From: a virus
Lineage: Duplodnaviria > Caudoviricetes
DNA length: 63,419 nucleotides
Virus record (IMG/VR): IMGVR_UViG_3300043425_000902
Coordinates: 1 to 63,419 of that record
Reading direction: 5' to 3' (one strand)
In this document: one piece after another, positions 27,917 to 37,356 of the stretch
Position numbering within the stretch: position 1 is the first letter of the stretch
Layout of the letters: every line of letters starts with the position of its first letter
Translations under genes and position numbers: made by a program
Notes under the pieces: model-generated
Seen by the model: the letters and a program-made list of their open reading frames with translations, nothing else
Databases searched by the model: none
Told to the model about the DNA's origin: nothing

Positions 27917-30201
27917 CGCAGGTTCTCCAGGTCGATGATGCGGGCGTGCAGGTCGTCAATCTGGTCCTGCTGCACCTTGATGGCCTCGATGAGCAGGGGC
28001 ACCAGCCGCGAGTAGTCCAGCGTCAGGTAGCGGTCGTCGACAGGCGCCGGGGCCACGACCTCGGGCATGACGGCCTGCACGTCCTGCGCCGACACGCCGA
28101 CCTCGCGCTTGGACTTGTAGCCTAGGGCCTCGGCGGTGGCGTTGGCCCGATAGTAGAAGCCCTTGAGCGCCTTGACCTTGCCGATGGCGTCGTGGATCGG
28201 GCCGAGGCGCTGCTTCAGCCTGTCGTCGGAGAAGTAGGCGGTGATGTTGCCGGTCGCCGTGATCCCGCCGTTCACCGACAGGCCGGCCATCGTGTAGCTG
28301 TTGCTGCTGTTCAGCGCGTTGGCCGTGCTGGCGGTCGTCGCCGACGTCGCGCTGGTGGCCGACGTGGCCGTGGCCGCGTTGCCGCTGATGCTGATGGCCC
28401 ATGTGCCGCTGGCCCCGGAGCCCGAGGTGGAGGGCACGTCAAGCGCGGAGCGGGCGCCGGACGCGGTCGTCGCGCCCGTGCCGCCGTTGGCGAGAGCGAG
28501 CGTGCCGCCGAGGGTCAGGGTGCCACTGGTCGTGATGGGGCCGCCCGACAGGGTCATGCCGGTAGAGCCGCCAGACCCGCTGACGCTGGTCACGGTGCCT
28601 CCGCCCCCGCCGGTCGCCGCGATGGTGATGCCGCCGGCGCTGTTGGTGATGGTGACGTTGCTGCCCGCCGTCAGCGTGGCGAGCGAGTAGCCCGAGCCGT
28701 TGCCGATCAGCAGTTGGCCATTGGTCGGCGTGCCGGTGAGGCCCGTGCCGCCGTTCGCGGTGGCGAGGGTGCCGCCCAGCGTGATCGTGCCGCTGGTCGT
28801 GATGGGCGAGCCGCTGGCCGTCAGGCCGGTCGTGCCGCCGGACAGGGCGACGCTCGTCACGGTGCCGCCCCCGCCGCCCCCGCCGCCACCCGTGTTGGTG
28901 ATGGTTATGGAGCCGCTGGCGTTGGTGATCGAGATGCCCGAGCCCGCCGTGAGCGTGGCGGCGGTGTAGTTGGTCCCGTTGCCGATCAGCACTTGCCCGT
29001 TCGACGGGACGGTCGTGACGCCGGTGCCTCCGTAGGCGGGAGCCAGTGCGGTCGTCAGGCCGGACAGCGAGGTGATGTCGGAGTTGGCGCCCGACGCCGC
29101 CGCCGACAGGTTGACCCGCGCGCCGGAAGCCGTCGTGGAGCCCGTGCCGCCGTCCGCGATGCTGACCGGCGTGGAGATGCCGCCCGTGTCGGCGTCGACC
29201 ACGTTGGACCCGTCGCAGTAGAAGATGCCGCGGGAGTTGCGCACCACGTTGATGGCCGGCGTCTGCGCGGCGGTGCGCACGCCGAGGGTGTAGGAGCCGC
29301 CGGTCGTGGAGTTGTCGATCCAGTACTGCTGCGTCGTGGACGGGACCACGATCTCCATGTTGGCCGTCAGCGTGCCGGTGAACTTGTAGGCCACGCGGTT
29401 CAGTTCGCTGCCGCTCAGGGTGTAGGGCGAGGACTGGCCGGTCAGGCTGATTGACGTGTAGTCGAACGCGAAGGTGGCGCTGCGCCCGAGGCCGAAGGTG
29501 TACCAAGCCGACCCGTCCGTCACGACCCGGCAACTGTCGCCGGGCGACAGCACGAGCGTCGTGGCGCCGTTGATCAGTTCCGAGGAGGCCGGGTCGATGG
29601 TCAGGTTGCCCGTGCCGCCGTTGCGGATATCGGCGAACCAGTTGTTGCCCAGCGTGCTGGCGGCGATCAGCGACACGGTGCCGAGCGCGCCGGTCCAGAC
29701 GTAGGCCGCACCCCGCGCGCCGGCGGGCAGCGTGAAGTTGCTGTTGAAGGTCGTGACGGTCTCGGCGACGGACAGGGTCGAGCCCGTGGCGATCAGGCCG
29801 AAGCCGGCCAGCGACGAGGCTTGAGCCTGGGCGGTCGTGGCGCCAAGCTGGAACGTGCGCCAGGTTCCCGCCGCCGTGCTGTTGTCGACGAGGTAGACTT
29901 CCCACTGGGCTCCCGCCGCGATGGACAGGAGCGTGCCGCCGCTCGCGTCCTTGATGGTGATGGTCGAGGGGCCGAGGTTGTTGAACAGCACCGTCTGGCC
30001 GACGCCGGTCAGCGTGGCGTCGGGCATGGTGACCGCAAACGCGCCGGACGGCGACACGTCGATGATCGAGGCGGCGACCGGCGTCGTGGTGTTGGACTCC
30101 AGCGGCCATTCCAGCGCGGTGTCCGCCGTCAGCGCGAGGGCGAGATACGAGACGTCAGAGGGGTAGAGGTTCGAGCCTCCAAACACTTCGGTGTAGGACA
30201 C
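27913..30201 (-). CDS. Tail fibre with C-terminal intramolecular chaperone (peptidase S74)
   Basis: GGTG and VTSV repeats; YFSDDRLK, G.SAQ.V..V.PE.V, LDY..LVP.LIEAIK and terminal coiled coil. Confidence 0.9.
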   Translation of the reverse strand: MSYTEVFGGSNLYPSDVSYLALALTADTALEWPLESNTTTPVAASIIDVSPSGAFAVTMPDATLTGVGQTVLFNNLGPSTITIKDASGGTLLSIAAGAQWEVYLVDNSTAAGTWRTFQLGATTAQAQASSLAGFGLIATGSTLSVAETVTTFNSNFTLPAGARGAAYVWTGALGTVSLIAASTLGNNWFADIRNGGTGNLTIDPASSELINGATTLVLSPGDSCRVVTDGSAWYTFGLGRSATFAFDYTSISLTGQSSPYTLSGSELNRVAYKFTGTLTANMEIVVPSTTQQYWIDNSTTGGSYTLGVRTAAQTPAINVVRNSRGIFYCDGSNVVDADTGGISTPVSIADGGTGSTTASGARVNLSAAASGANSDITSLSGLTTALAPAYGGTGVTTVPSNGQVLIGNGTNYTAATLTAGSGISITNASGSITITNTGGGGGGGGGTVTSVALSGGTTGLTASGSPITTSGTITLGGTLATANGGTGLTGTPTNGQLLIGNGSGYSLATLTAGSNVTITNSAGGITIAATGGGGGTVTSVSGSGGSTGMTLSGGPITTSGTLTLGGTLALANGGTGATTASGARSALDVPSTSGSGASGTWAISISGNAATATSATSATSATTASTANALNSSNSYTMAGLSVNGGITATGNITAYFSDDRLKQRLGPIHDAIGKVKALKGFYYRANATAEALGYKSKREVGVSAQDVQAVMPEVVAPAPVDDRYLTLDYSRLVPLLIEAIKVQQDQIDDLHARIIDLENLR

Positions 30202-30855
30202 CTATGCCTCCTTGCGGGCGGAGTTGCGGTCGAGCACCTTGGCGAGGTCCTCGCCGTTGAGCATGGCGGCGGCGCGGTCGTACATGCCCTGCCACACTTG
30301 GATGCGCTCGTCGTTCTTGAGGAAGGGGGTCGCCTCCAGCAGCGTGCCGTACAGCAGCAGCTGGGGCGCGTACTCAGTCAGCCAATTGGTTTGCACCGTG
30401 TCGTCCAGCAGCGGCGGCAGCTCGTAGTAGAGGATCTCGAAGGGGTACGCGGCGTCGGGTGTCGGAGCGAAGACCCAGTGGCTGTAGTCGTAGTCCGCCG
30501 TGAAGACGGGTTCGCCGGTCTCGCCCTCGTCGGGCCAGTACTGCCGGACGTACTCGTAGGAGCGCGTGTAAACCTGCTTGCGGGTGCTGTTGCCGGTCCC
30601 CGTGCCGATGTTGATCGACACCGTGTCGCGCCAGCGGTCGGGCTTGGCGTAGACGGACTGGCCGGGCGTCAGGGCGCCCGTGACGACGTTGATGAAGCCT
30701 TGGACCTTCAGCTCCCGGGCGATGCGGCGCTCGGCAAGGTTGATGAGGCGGGGGAGCTGCTCGATGATGACGGGGTCGTTGCCGAGCGTGGACCCGCGCT
30801 CAAGGTACCGCTGCACGTCTTCTTTGAGCGTGGTGAAGGTCGTCGTCGTCGCCAT
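30202..30855 (-). CDS. Head-tail adaptor protein
   Basis: L...V..YL.R, I.LAE.RI.REL, PTPD..Y, NWL....P.LLLYG.L.EA..FLK. Confidence 0.8.
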   Translation of the reverse strand: MATTTTFTTLKEDVQRYLERGSTLGNDPVIIEQLPRLINLAERRIARELKVQGFINVVTGALTPGQSVYAKPDRWRDTVSINIGTGTGNSTRKQVYTRSYEYVRQYWPDEGETGEPVFTADYDYSHWVFAPTPDAAYPFEILYYELPPLLDDTVQTNWLTEYAPQLLLYGTLLEATPFLKNDERIQVWQGMYDRAAAMLNGEDLAKVLDRNSARKEA

Positions 30856-31059
30856 TGAGCACCTTGTCGGGGGCTGATGGACGCCGCAGCCCTCATCAGG
30901 ACCTCGACCGTCAGTCTGTGGAGTGTATCACGCCGCCGGGCGGCAGGGAAGGATGCGTTTGAGGCTCACGCATGACACGCAAACCGGGTTGTGGCTCACG
31001 GATGGGGGTCCCATAAGCCACAAGTTATACCCGCAGGCTTGGCGCATAAGCTGGGGGCT

Positions 31060-31260
31060 ATAAAGCAAGGGCCGAGGTTGCCCCCGGCCCTGCGACTCAC
31101 GCCCGAAGCGGTGCGGGTTGATGTTTGCCCGCCTACGGGCGTCGGATTGATGTGCCAAACGGGAACCAGCCGCCCGGCGCTTCGGTGGTCGATGATCCAT
31201 TTGGGAACATCGACCTTGGATAAATCCCAAACCCCGCCCAGGGGAGGAAAGGAGTATCCC
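31060..31260 (-). ncRNA. Candidate structured non-coding RNA
   Basis: Intergenic, several stems, 5' anti-SD-like CU tract, terminator-like 3' hairpin; no ORF with typical codon usage. Confidence 0.45.
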
Positions 31261-31291
31261 TTGTGGCACCAGACGCCATCAGCGCGGGGCG

Positions 31292-31555
31292 TCAACCCTC
31301 TTTGCCACCCCAAGGGATTTTGTGCAGCCGAGCGGCGGAAGCGGCGAACAGGAAGGCGCAGTGATACATAGACGACCGGCGTCCACCGCAGAAAGTCTCG
31401 TGCCCGTTCTCTCCAGCCAGAGCCACGACGAGGGTTTCTACTTCGCCGTAGACGCCCGCCTCAATGTCGTCGGCTATGTTCCGCAGCATCTTCGCCGGGT
31501 CTCTGAAGTCGGGCGGTTTGATTTCCCCGACGATCTTGAGGTCTGGCTTGCTCAC
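31292..31555 (-). CDS. Hypothetical protein
   Basis: GTGA overlap; LR.IAD.IE.G.YG motif. Confidence 0.7.
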   Translation of the reverse strand: MSKPDLKIVGEIKPPDFRDPAKMLRNIADDIEAGVYGEVETLVVALAGENGHETFCGGRRSSMYHCAFLFAASAARLHKIPWGGKEG

Positions 31556-31950
31556 GCCTTGTCCACCGATCCGTTGAGGACGTAGTGGAGGAGGCGGTCT
31601 GCGAAATGCTCAAGGGAAACCACCCCGGGCGGATTCCCAACGCTCTCCTGCACCGCCAGTTTCAGGCACTCCAGACGCAGGGTGATGAGGTCGGGTTCGG
31701 GCTTGGTCGGGACGCCGAACGTGGGGCCGGTGTAGTCCTCGTGCGTCTTGGGCATCTCGGGCTCCGGGGGCTTTGCGGGGGCGATGATGCGGTAGCGGGT
31801 GATGCCTCCGTCCTCCGTCCAAAGAAAGCGGTGAGCAGGCTGCGCGTGCGACCGGGCTTTTATGCCTGCGCCATATTGCAACTCCACCTCCACCACCGTC
31901 TCCGGGTCTACCGGGCAGGTGTCGCCGGTGTGTTCGATCCAGTCGGTCAT
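31552..31950 (-). CDS. Hypothetical protein (WIEHxG motif)
   Basis: AGGAGG RBS; N-terminal domain similar to 1084-1476. Confidence 0.75.
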   Translation of the reverse strand: MTDWIEHTGDTCPVDPETVVEVELQYGAGIKARSHAQPAHRFLWTEDGGITRYRIIAPAKPPEPEMPKTHEDYTGPTFGVPTKPEPDLITLRLECLKLAVQESVGNPPGVVSLEHFADRLLHYVLNGSVDKA

Positions 31951-32108
31951 CGCTTGTCCTCCTTGAACAGGATGCCCGGCTCCACCGTGCCCGACCCCCA
32001 GATGGCCTTGGAAAGCTCATCGAGCTTCCGCTGCGCCTCCGCGGACGGCTTCGGGCTCGGCTCGGGGAACTCGCCGTCCTCCCACTGGTGCGAGGTCCAG
32101 CGGGTCAT
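31947..32108 (-). CDS. Hypothetical protein
   Basis: GAGGAG RBS; overlaps neighbours. Confidence 0.55.
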   Translation of the reverse strand: MTRWTSHQWEDGEFPEPSPKPSAEAQRKLDELSKAIWGSGTVEPGILFKEDKR

Positions 32109-32368
32109 CACGGCAGCTCCTCGCCGTCCATCCAACAGCGCACCCAGTTGACGAGGGTGTACATGTCGGCGTCGCGCTTCGCCATCGGGGCGTTGCCGAA
32201 CACGGGGGCGACGGGAGTGGTGTCGGCCCGCCAGTCGCCGAAGCCCTCGCGCTTTTCGAGGACCAGACGGTCTCCGTCGATCGTGACGGTCAGGGGTGTG
32301 GTGAGCTTGCCGTCCGCGCCCATGCGGAGGAAGTGGCGGTAGTTGGAAGTGTCAGGGGTGTCGGTCAT
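32108..32368 (-). CDS. Hypothetical protein
   Basis: GAGGAG RBS; upstream TTGACG with operator-like site at 32417-32432. Confidence 0.7.
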   Translation of the reverse strand: MTDTPDTSNYRHFLRMGADGKLTTPLTVTIDGDRLVLEKREGFGDWRADTTPVAPVFGNAPMAKRDADMYTLVNWVRCWMDGEELP

Positions 32369-32415
32369 GGTAGGCTCCTCTCTCCATGACGTTTTCGCCC
32401 CTGACAGCCGTCACG

Positions 32416-32844
32416 TCAACCCGTTAGGGTGCCACCCTTCTGGAAGTGCGAGATGGTCTTGCCGCCCGTGTACTGAAAGTGCGGGAACTCCTTCATGCGG
32501 ACCCAGCGCCCGGCCCACTCCAGACCGGCCTTCTCGCCCAGCTCCCCGACGCGCTGCCACAGGGCCCCGTCGGCGCCGCGGGTGCCCCACACGGGCTTGC
32601 CGTTGCGCAGGGGGACGACGTCGTACGCGACGCGGTACTGGTGGTACGACTGGCCGCCGCGGGCCTTGGTGACGATCCTGCCGGGCTTGGTGCGCCCCTG
32701 AGCGTACAGCTCGTCCTGCTCCTGCGCTGAGCGGTACGTGCACGTGATCAGCACGTCGATGCCCTCGGCAGTGCACATTTCCATGTGCCTGCGGCAGCGC
32801 TCCTGCACAAGCGGGTGCAGGTCCTTGATGTTACGGCTTGGCAT
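32416..32844 (-). CDS. Endolysin, M15-family L-Ala-D-Glu peptidase
   Basis: R....Q..LYAQGR..PG..VT.A..GQS.H....A.D, GL.W.G.W....E.PHFQ. Confidence 0.93.
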   Translation of the reverse strand: MPSRNIKDLHPLVQERCRRHMEMCTAEGIDVLITCTYRSAQEQDELYAQGRTKPGRIVTKARGGQSYHQYRVAYDVVPLRNGKPVWGTRGADGALWQRVGELGEKAGLEWAGRWVRMKEFPHFQYTGGKTISHFQKGGTLTG

Positions 32845-33151
32845 GGGATCTCCTCCAGAACTGATACCAAGGCTTGGCGGGCGGCGGCTCGATCAGGGAC
32901 AGCAGGCCCACCCGCTTGGCCTCGCAGTCCTGCAGCGCGACCTCTTGCCGCACCGAGAAGACGGCGAGGTCGGCGATGGTCTTGACGTCAGCCTCCGGCC
33001 CGAGGCACGGCTGCTTGAACGCCTGCGGGATCGGCGTCCTTGCCGCCGGGGTGGCGCAGGCCGTCAATGCCAGAACGCCAAGCAGACAGGATGCCGTCAG
33101 GGACAGGCGTCTCGGCGCCGGGCGCCTCTTTGATGCGGACAGTGGCGACAT
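32831..33151 (-). CDS. o-spanin (Rz1-like lipoprotein); start uncertain
   Basis: Lipobox LALTAC, Pro-rich, extra Cys; overlaps the 3' half of the i-spanin in another frame. Confidence 0.72.
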   Translation of the reverse strand: MSPLSASKRRPAPRRLSLTASCLLGVLALTACATPAARTPIPQAFKQPCLGPEADVKTIADLAVFSVRQEVALQDCEAKRVGLLSLIEPPPAKPWYQFWRRSHAKP

Positions 33152-33347
33152 TCCCCTTCTCCCGAATGACGACGGTTTTCTCGGTGTAGGCGTTGGCGGC
33201 GTCAAGCGCGCGCCGCGTTTCAACGACCTCGGCGGCGGACGCCTCGGCGCGCTTGCGCTGGATGTTGAACATCACCCGGTAGTAGCCCACCACGACGAGG
33301 GCGAAGATGACGATCCCGAAGGCGATGATCACGAGGTAGCGGTTCAC
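32988..33347 (-). CDS. i-spanin (Rz-like)
   Basis: N-terminal TM segment followed by coiled coil; lysis cassette context. Confidence 0.75.
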   Translation of the reverse strand: MNRYLVIIAFGIVIFALVVVGYYRVMFNIQRKRAEASAAEVVETRRALDAANAYTEKTVVIREKGNVATVRIKEAPGAETPVPDGILSAWRSGIDGLRHPGGKDADPAGVQAAVPRAGG

Positions 33348-33604
33348 GATACGATCTCCTTGACCTCCTCGGCGGTCTTCACGGCCTCGGCCTTGAGGCG
33401 GGTCAGGTCCACGAGCGTGGCGCCCGCCATGTAGACGAAAGCCAGCATGATGTTGGCAAAGATGAGGCCGAGCCCGACCCACTTCAGGGCGTCGGGCTCG
33501 TCGATCTTCCAGATGGCGACGGCGATCGCAGAGAAGTTCAACCCCGTGCAGAGGAAGGTGAACAGCCTGCGCCAGAACCACTGGACCTCAAGGACGGGCT
33601 TCAT
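33344..33604 (-). CDS. Putative holin (2 TM)
   Basis: Two hydrophobic helices and a charged C-terminus; upstream of spanins and endolysin. Confidence 0.65.
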   Translation of the reverse strand: MKPVLEVQWFWRRLFTFLCTGLNFSAIAVAIWKIDEPDALKWVGLGLIFANIMLAFVYMAGATLVDLTRLKAEAVKTAEEVKEIVS

Positions 33605-34752
33605 GTCGCGCTCTTCCCCAGCTCCCACTTCTGCCGCCTCCACGTCAGGTACTCCGCCATCTCGGTCAGGTCGAAGAAGGGCTTGATGAAGCGGACGGGG
33701 TCGTCAGCGTAGTCGGGGTCGATGACGGCACCCATGGCGCGGGCCCAGTTCTCGTCCTTGAAGCCCTTCTCCTTGGCGTAATGGTCCCAGTCCTTGTACG
33801 CGCCCGCACGGAAGCCGTGGCAAAGACGCTTCGGGTCGTTGTGCCAGATGGGCACGTACCCCGACTGGTGGCGGTGGCCGCAGGCGAGGATGTGGTCCCG
33901 GTACCCGAAGAGGGTCTCGCGGACAAGGGCGTGCGCCGGGTTGAACTGGGATCGACCCGGGAAGTCGTGTCGGACGTTTACACGCACCGACGCGCCGTTG
34001 GGCAGGTTCAGCTGCATGCGCGCCCCGCCGTCCGAATAGACGCCGATGGCCTTGTGCAGGCGGTGCATGATCTCGGCGGGGTCGCCGTAGTCCGTGTGCC
34101 ACGCCCCGTGGTTGCCCGGCTCCCAGAGGAGCCACGGCAGCTGGAGCATCAGCCACTTGATGAGCTTTAGCGACTGGCGCGCGGTGACGCTCTGGTTGGC
34201 GTAGAGCCGCATAAGCCTTCCGACCCAGTTGTTGCTGGTGTCGCCGACGTTGACGGCCATGATCCCGGGAGTGTCCCGGCAGACGGCCACATCACGCTCA
34301 AGGTCGCCCCACGCGCAGCCCGGGTCGTCGACGTGCGGGTCGCCGATGAAGCTGATGGCGACGGGGCCGTCCATGGTGACCTTGACCTGACGAAGCTCCG
34401 TCGCGGACTCGTGCAGCTTCCGTTTGGCGTGCCGATCCTTGAGCAGGCCGATCAGCTCCTCTGCCGAAAGCTCGCCGTCGTGCGGGAGGCCCTCAAGCTC
34501 AAAGATCGGCGCAGCTTTGACGGGCCGGTAGGCCGACTGGCGCGGCTCCAGTCCATACAACTCCTTGGCCCGCTTGAGCCGGGAGCGCACAGTCATGGCG
34601 GGGATCGCCTCTCGCTGAGCGAAGACCAAGACTGCGCCGGGGTTCTCGTTGTCCCCCTTGACGCCCGGGTAAGGCACGCCCTCACCCATGATTTCCTCGA
34701 TGGCCGCGATGAGATCCTCCGCGGCCTCGCGACTGATTGAAGGCATTGGCAC
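33601..34752 (-). CDS. Calcineurin-like metallophosphoesterase with N-terminal HTH
   Basis: GDPH, GD...N, GNH, H and GHRH motifs. Confidence 0.85.
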   Translation of the reverse strand: MPMPSISREAAEDLIAAIEEIMGEGVPYPGVKGDNENPGAVLVFAQREAIPAMTVRSRLKRAKELYGLEPRQSAYRPVKAAPIFELEGLPHDGELSAEELIGLLKDRHAKRKLHESATELRQVKVTMDGPVAISFIGDPHVDDPGCAWGDLERDVAVCRDTPGIMAVNVGDTSNNWVGRLMRLYANQSVTARQSLKLIKWLMLQLPWLLWEPGNHGAWHTDYGDPAEIMHRLHKAIGVYSDGGARMQLNLPNGASVRVNVRHDFPGRSQFNPAHALVRETLFGYRDHILACGHRHQSGYVPIWHNDPKRLCHGFRAGAYKDWDHYAKEKGFKDENWARAMGAVIDPDYADDPVRFIKPFFDLTEMAEYLTWRRQKWELGKSAT

Positions 34753-34770
34753 GTGAGTGCTCCGTAACTG

Positions 34771-35004
34771 TTACCGGGGGGCCTTCGTGTCCAGCTTGTC
34801 GTAGATCTTGTCGAGAAGCTCGTGGATCCGCCCGATGTCCTGACGGAAGTCATCCTTGGACACGTACTCTTTGGGCAGGTCGGCGCGCAGACCGGCCAAG
34901 TCCGTGCGCAGCTCCTTCACGGCGCCCCACAGCTCACGCAGGAACCACCCTCCGAGGGCCATGACGAGGGCGGCGAAAATCTGCAGGATGGCGTCCCACT
35001 GCAT
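34771..35004 (-). CDS. Small single-TM coiled-coil protein (holin/antiholin-like)
   Basis: N-terminal TM then LPKEYV.K.D...I..K.D.K. Confidence 0.7.
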   Translation of the reverse strand: MQWDAILQIFAALVMALGGWFLRELWGAVKELRTDLAGLRADLPKEYVSKDDFRQDIGRIHELLDKIYDKLDTKAPR

Positions 35005-35009
35005 GGCAC

Positions 35010-35333
35010 TTAGCTCCAATCGCTCCGGGGTGGGTAATCCGTGCGGCGCTTGGCTCGCTCGGGGTGGTCGTACTGACCCGGGCGCTTGCCCTCGTCGCGC
35101 TCGATCGCTTTCTCGCAGTGGTGCGGGTCGATCCAGTCGAGGATGCGGCACAGGACACAGGCAAACTTCCGGCCCCGCCGCCGGTCCTTGGCGATGCGGG
35201 AGCTGATCGTTTCATCCTCGTCGCCGCCGAGGATGACATTGAGCAGTTGGTCGGCGGCCACGAAGAGGCGCCGGAAGTAGGACAGGATGGGGCGACCGGG
35301 GACGGTCGCGCTCTCTTGCGGCATCTCGTTCAC
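35010..35333 (-). CDS. Conserved phage hypothetical protein
   Basis: DQ..N..LGGD.DETISSR...C..L..ID..HC motif. Confidence 0.8.
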   Translation of the reverse strand: MNEMPQESATVPGRPILSYFRRLFVAADQLLNVILGGDEDETISSRIAKDRRRGRKFACVLCRILDWIDPHHCEKAIERDEGKRPGQYDHPERAKRRTDYPPRSDWS

Positions 35334-35758
35334 GGCGACTCCCCTGCGAGGATCTGCGCGGCGCGGCCCGGCGCGAGCAGCTGAGCCGCCTCCAGCGCCG
35401 GAAGGCCCGCTTGGATGTCCGGGTCGCTCAGGCGCACGACGGTCGCTTGGCTCAGCTTGTACTGGTAGACGGCCACCATCGGGCTGACCTTGGCCGCTTC
35501 GAGCAGTGCGCCCAGCTCCGCGTCCGTGAACAGCCGCAGGAAGTCGACCTTGTTCAACTCGTCGACAGGCGGCGGGGGCGGCGGGTCGGGCGTGAAGGGG
35601 AAGAAGCCCTGCCCGCTGTAGCCGAGTTCCGCAGCGGCTTCCGGCACGGCGGCGGACAGGTCGGCGAGACAGGCGTCCGACAGGCCCACCAGAGCGGCGG
35701 GAAGCGGGGCCGGGTCGCCCATGAGGGTCGAGGGGAGGGTCTTGCGTTGGTAGAGCAT
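35330..35758 (-). CDS. Tail fibre assembly-like protein
   Basis: Directly after the Gly-rich adhesin; F..LFT..E...RA..IL motif. Confidence 0.65.
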   Translation of the reverse strand: MLYQRKTLPSTLMGDPAPLPAALVGLSDACLADLSAAVPEAAAELGYSGQGFFPFTPDPPPPPPVDELNKVDFLRLFTDAELGALLEAAKVSPMVAVYQYKLSQATVVRLSDPDIQAGLPALEAAQLLAPGRAAQILAGESP

Positions 35759-35765
35759 CAGGGCC

Positions 35766-36677
35766 TCACAGAAGTATCACGCGACCATTCAGGTCTGTAC
35801 CTGCGCCGTTTCGCGCCGGATCGGACGCATTGCCCGGCGTGGTGCCGGAGCCCGAAAGCATGGACTGGTTGGTGACAAAGGTTGGGTTGAAATAGCTGGA
35901 GCCGCCGCCACCACCCGCGCCTGAAAAGTCGGAGCCTGCGCCGCCGCCGCCTCCGAAATACCCGCCGCCGCCGCCACTGCCCCCGTAGCCGCCCGCACCC
36001 CCGGTCATGCCGCTGCCCGGCGAACCGTTGGTGGAGAACAGCCCTCCGCCGCCTATGCCCCCGGCCCCCGCAGCGGACTGCGTGGCTCCGCCGCCGCCCG
36101 TGTCACTTCCTGCGGGGTCGGTGCTCCCGGTGCCGCCGTTTGGCCATCCGCCAGCCCCGCCGAGTACGCTAGCGTTAGAGTACCCGGCGCCGCCACCAGC
36201 CCCGGCCACGAGAACCCGAACACCGGATGCGTCAACCAGAACGCCAGACCACCCTCCCCCGGAACCGCCGAACGGGCCGGAGGCTCCGCGCCCTTGGCCG
36301 ACGCCTAGGCGAAAAGTTACGCCTGCCGTGAGTTGAATGACCCCGCCCGCAAACCCCCCGGCTCCGGCGCTCGCCGACCCGCCGCCGTACCGCGTGCCGC
36401 CTTCACCCCACAGTTTGGCCGAGACGCTGAATGTTGAAAGCGGAGTGACATACCAAATGCCCTGCGTTCCAAGGTTCAGCGCCCCGTCCGTGTCGAGGTT
36501 CCAGACGGTCTTGCCGTTCACCGCCGGGGAGATTTGCAGGACGCGGTTGCCCCGCTTCCGTCCGTCGACGCCCTGAGCCTGCATCCTCATGCCGCCCTCG
36601 AACATGCTCTGGGTCCCAGCAGCCATGTTCATGGACTGGGCTGTCAGGCCGACAGGACCGAGGGGCTGGACGGGCAT
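35766..36677 (-). CDS. Glycine-rich receptor-binding/adhesin protein
   Basis: Polyglycine motifs [23 protein letters not shown]. Confidence 0.75.
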   Translation of the reverse strand: MPVQPLGPVGLTAQSMNMAAGTQSMFEGGMRMQAQGVDGRKRGNRVLQISPAVNGKTVWNLDTDGALNLGTQGIWYVTPLSTFSVSAKLWGEGGTRYGGGSASAGAGGFAGGVIQLTAGVTFRLGVGQGRGASGPFGGSGGGWSGVLVDASGVRVLVAGAGGGAGYSNASVLGGAGGWPNGGTGSTDPAGSDTGGGGATQSAAGAGGIGGGGLFSTNGSPGSGMTGGAGGYGGSGGGGGYFGGGGGAGSDFSGAGGGGGSSYFNPTFVTNQSMLSGSGTTPGNASDPARNGAGTDLNGRVILL

Positions 36678-36678
36678 G

Positions 36679-37344
36679 TTAGTAGCCGAAGCCCTCGGCG
36701 CGGAACACGATGCCGGTGTTCGTCACGCCAATCGCCACATACAGCGTCTCGGAGGCGCTCAGGATCAACGGCGAGGAGTCGGTGTAGCCGAAATCGCCGC
36801 CGGTCTGGCCGGTGGTCTGCGCCACGGTGTAGGCGGCCAGCAGCACGGACTTGATGAACCGCTTGGTCGTGCCGCCGTCATTCGAGACGTAGAGTTGCAG
36901 TTCGGTCGCGGTGTTGGTGGCGCGGGCGAGGGCCGTCAGCCTTGTGATCCGCGCACCGTTCGCCGAGGTCCGAGCCAGTTGCGCCAGCACCGCCGTGCCG
37001 CCGCCCGTCGCGTTCGACGTGGCGTTGGAGCCGTGGGTGAAGGTGTAGGCGTCCACGCCCGTGACGGTGATGGTGTAGGCGCCCGAAGGCGTGATGCCGC
37101 CGACCGCAGCCGAGCCGCTGATCGTGACCTGCATCCCCGTGAAAAGGCCGTGATCGGGGTGTGAAACCGTCACCGTCGGCGAGCCGTTCGTGACCGTGAA
37201 CGGGTTGGGCGGCAGCAGGTCCTGCCGGGCCAGCAGCACGCTGTTGGTCGGTGAGTCCGTGTAGGTGCTGTTCGCCGTGGTGGCGACGGCGGTAGCGGTG
37301 AAGGGCCGCTGCGGCGTGACGATTGAGGTGGGGGTGACAGCCAT
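36679..37344 (-). CDS. Tail structural protein with inserted beta-barrel domain
   Basis: Thr-rich; VTV....HGL.TG..V.ISG...Y.IT......FT motif. Confidence 0.7.
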   Translation of the reverse strand: MAVTPTSIVTPQRPFTATAVATTANSTYTDSPTNSVLLARQDLLPPNPFTVTNGSPTVTVSHPDHGLFTGMQVTISGSAAVGGITPSGAYTITVTGVDAYTFTHGSNATSNATGGGTAVLAQLARTSANGARITRLTALARATNTATELQLYVSNDGGTTKRFIKSVLLAAYTVAQTTGQTGGDFGYTDSSPLILSASETLYVAIGVTNTGIVFRAEGFGY

Positions 37345-37356
37345 GAGGTTCAGTCC

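Noticed and set aside
30860-31290. tRNA or tmRNA
   Set aside because: No T-loop GTTCRA, cloverleaf or acceptor-stem pattern seen on either strand.
30928-31371. Overlapping 105-126 aa ORFs in the intergenic gap
   Set aside because: Atypical codon usage, no RBS, and mutually overlapping; the region is better explained as structured RNA.
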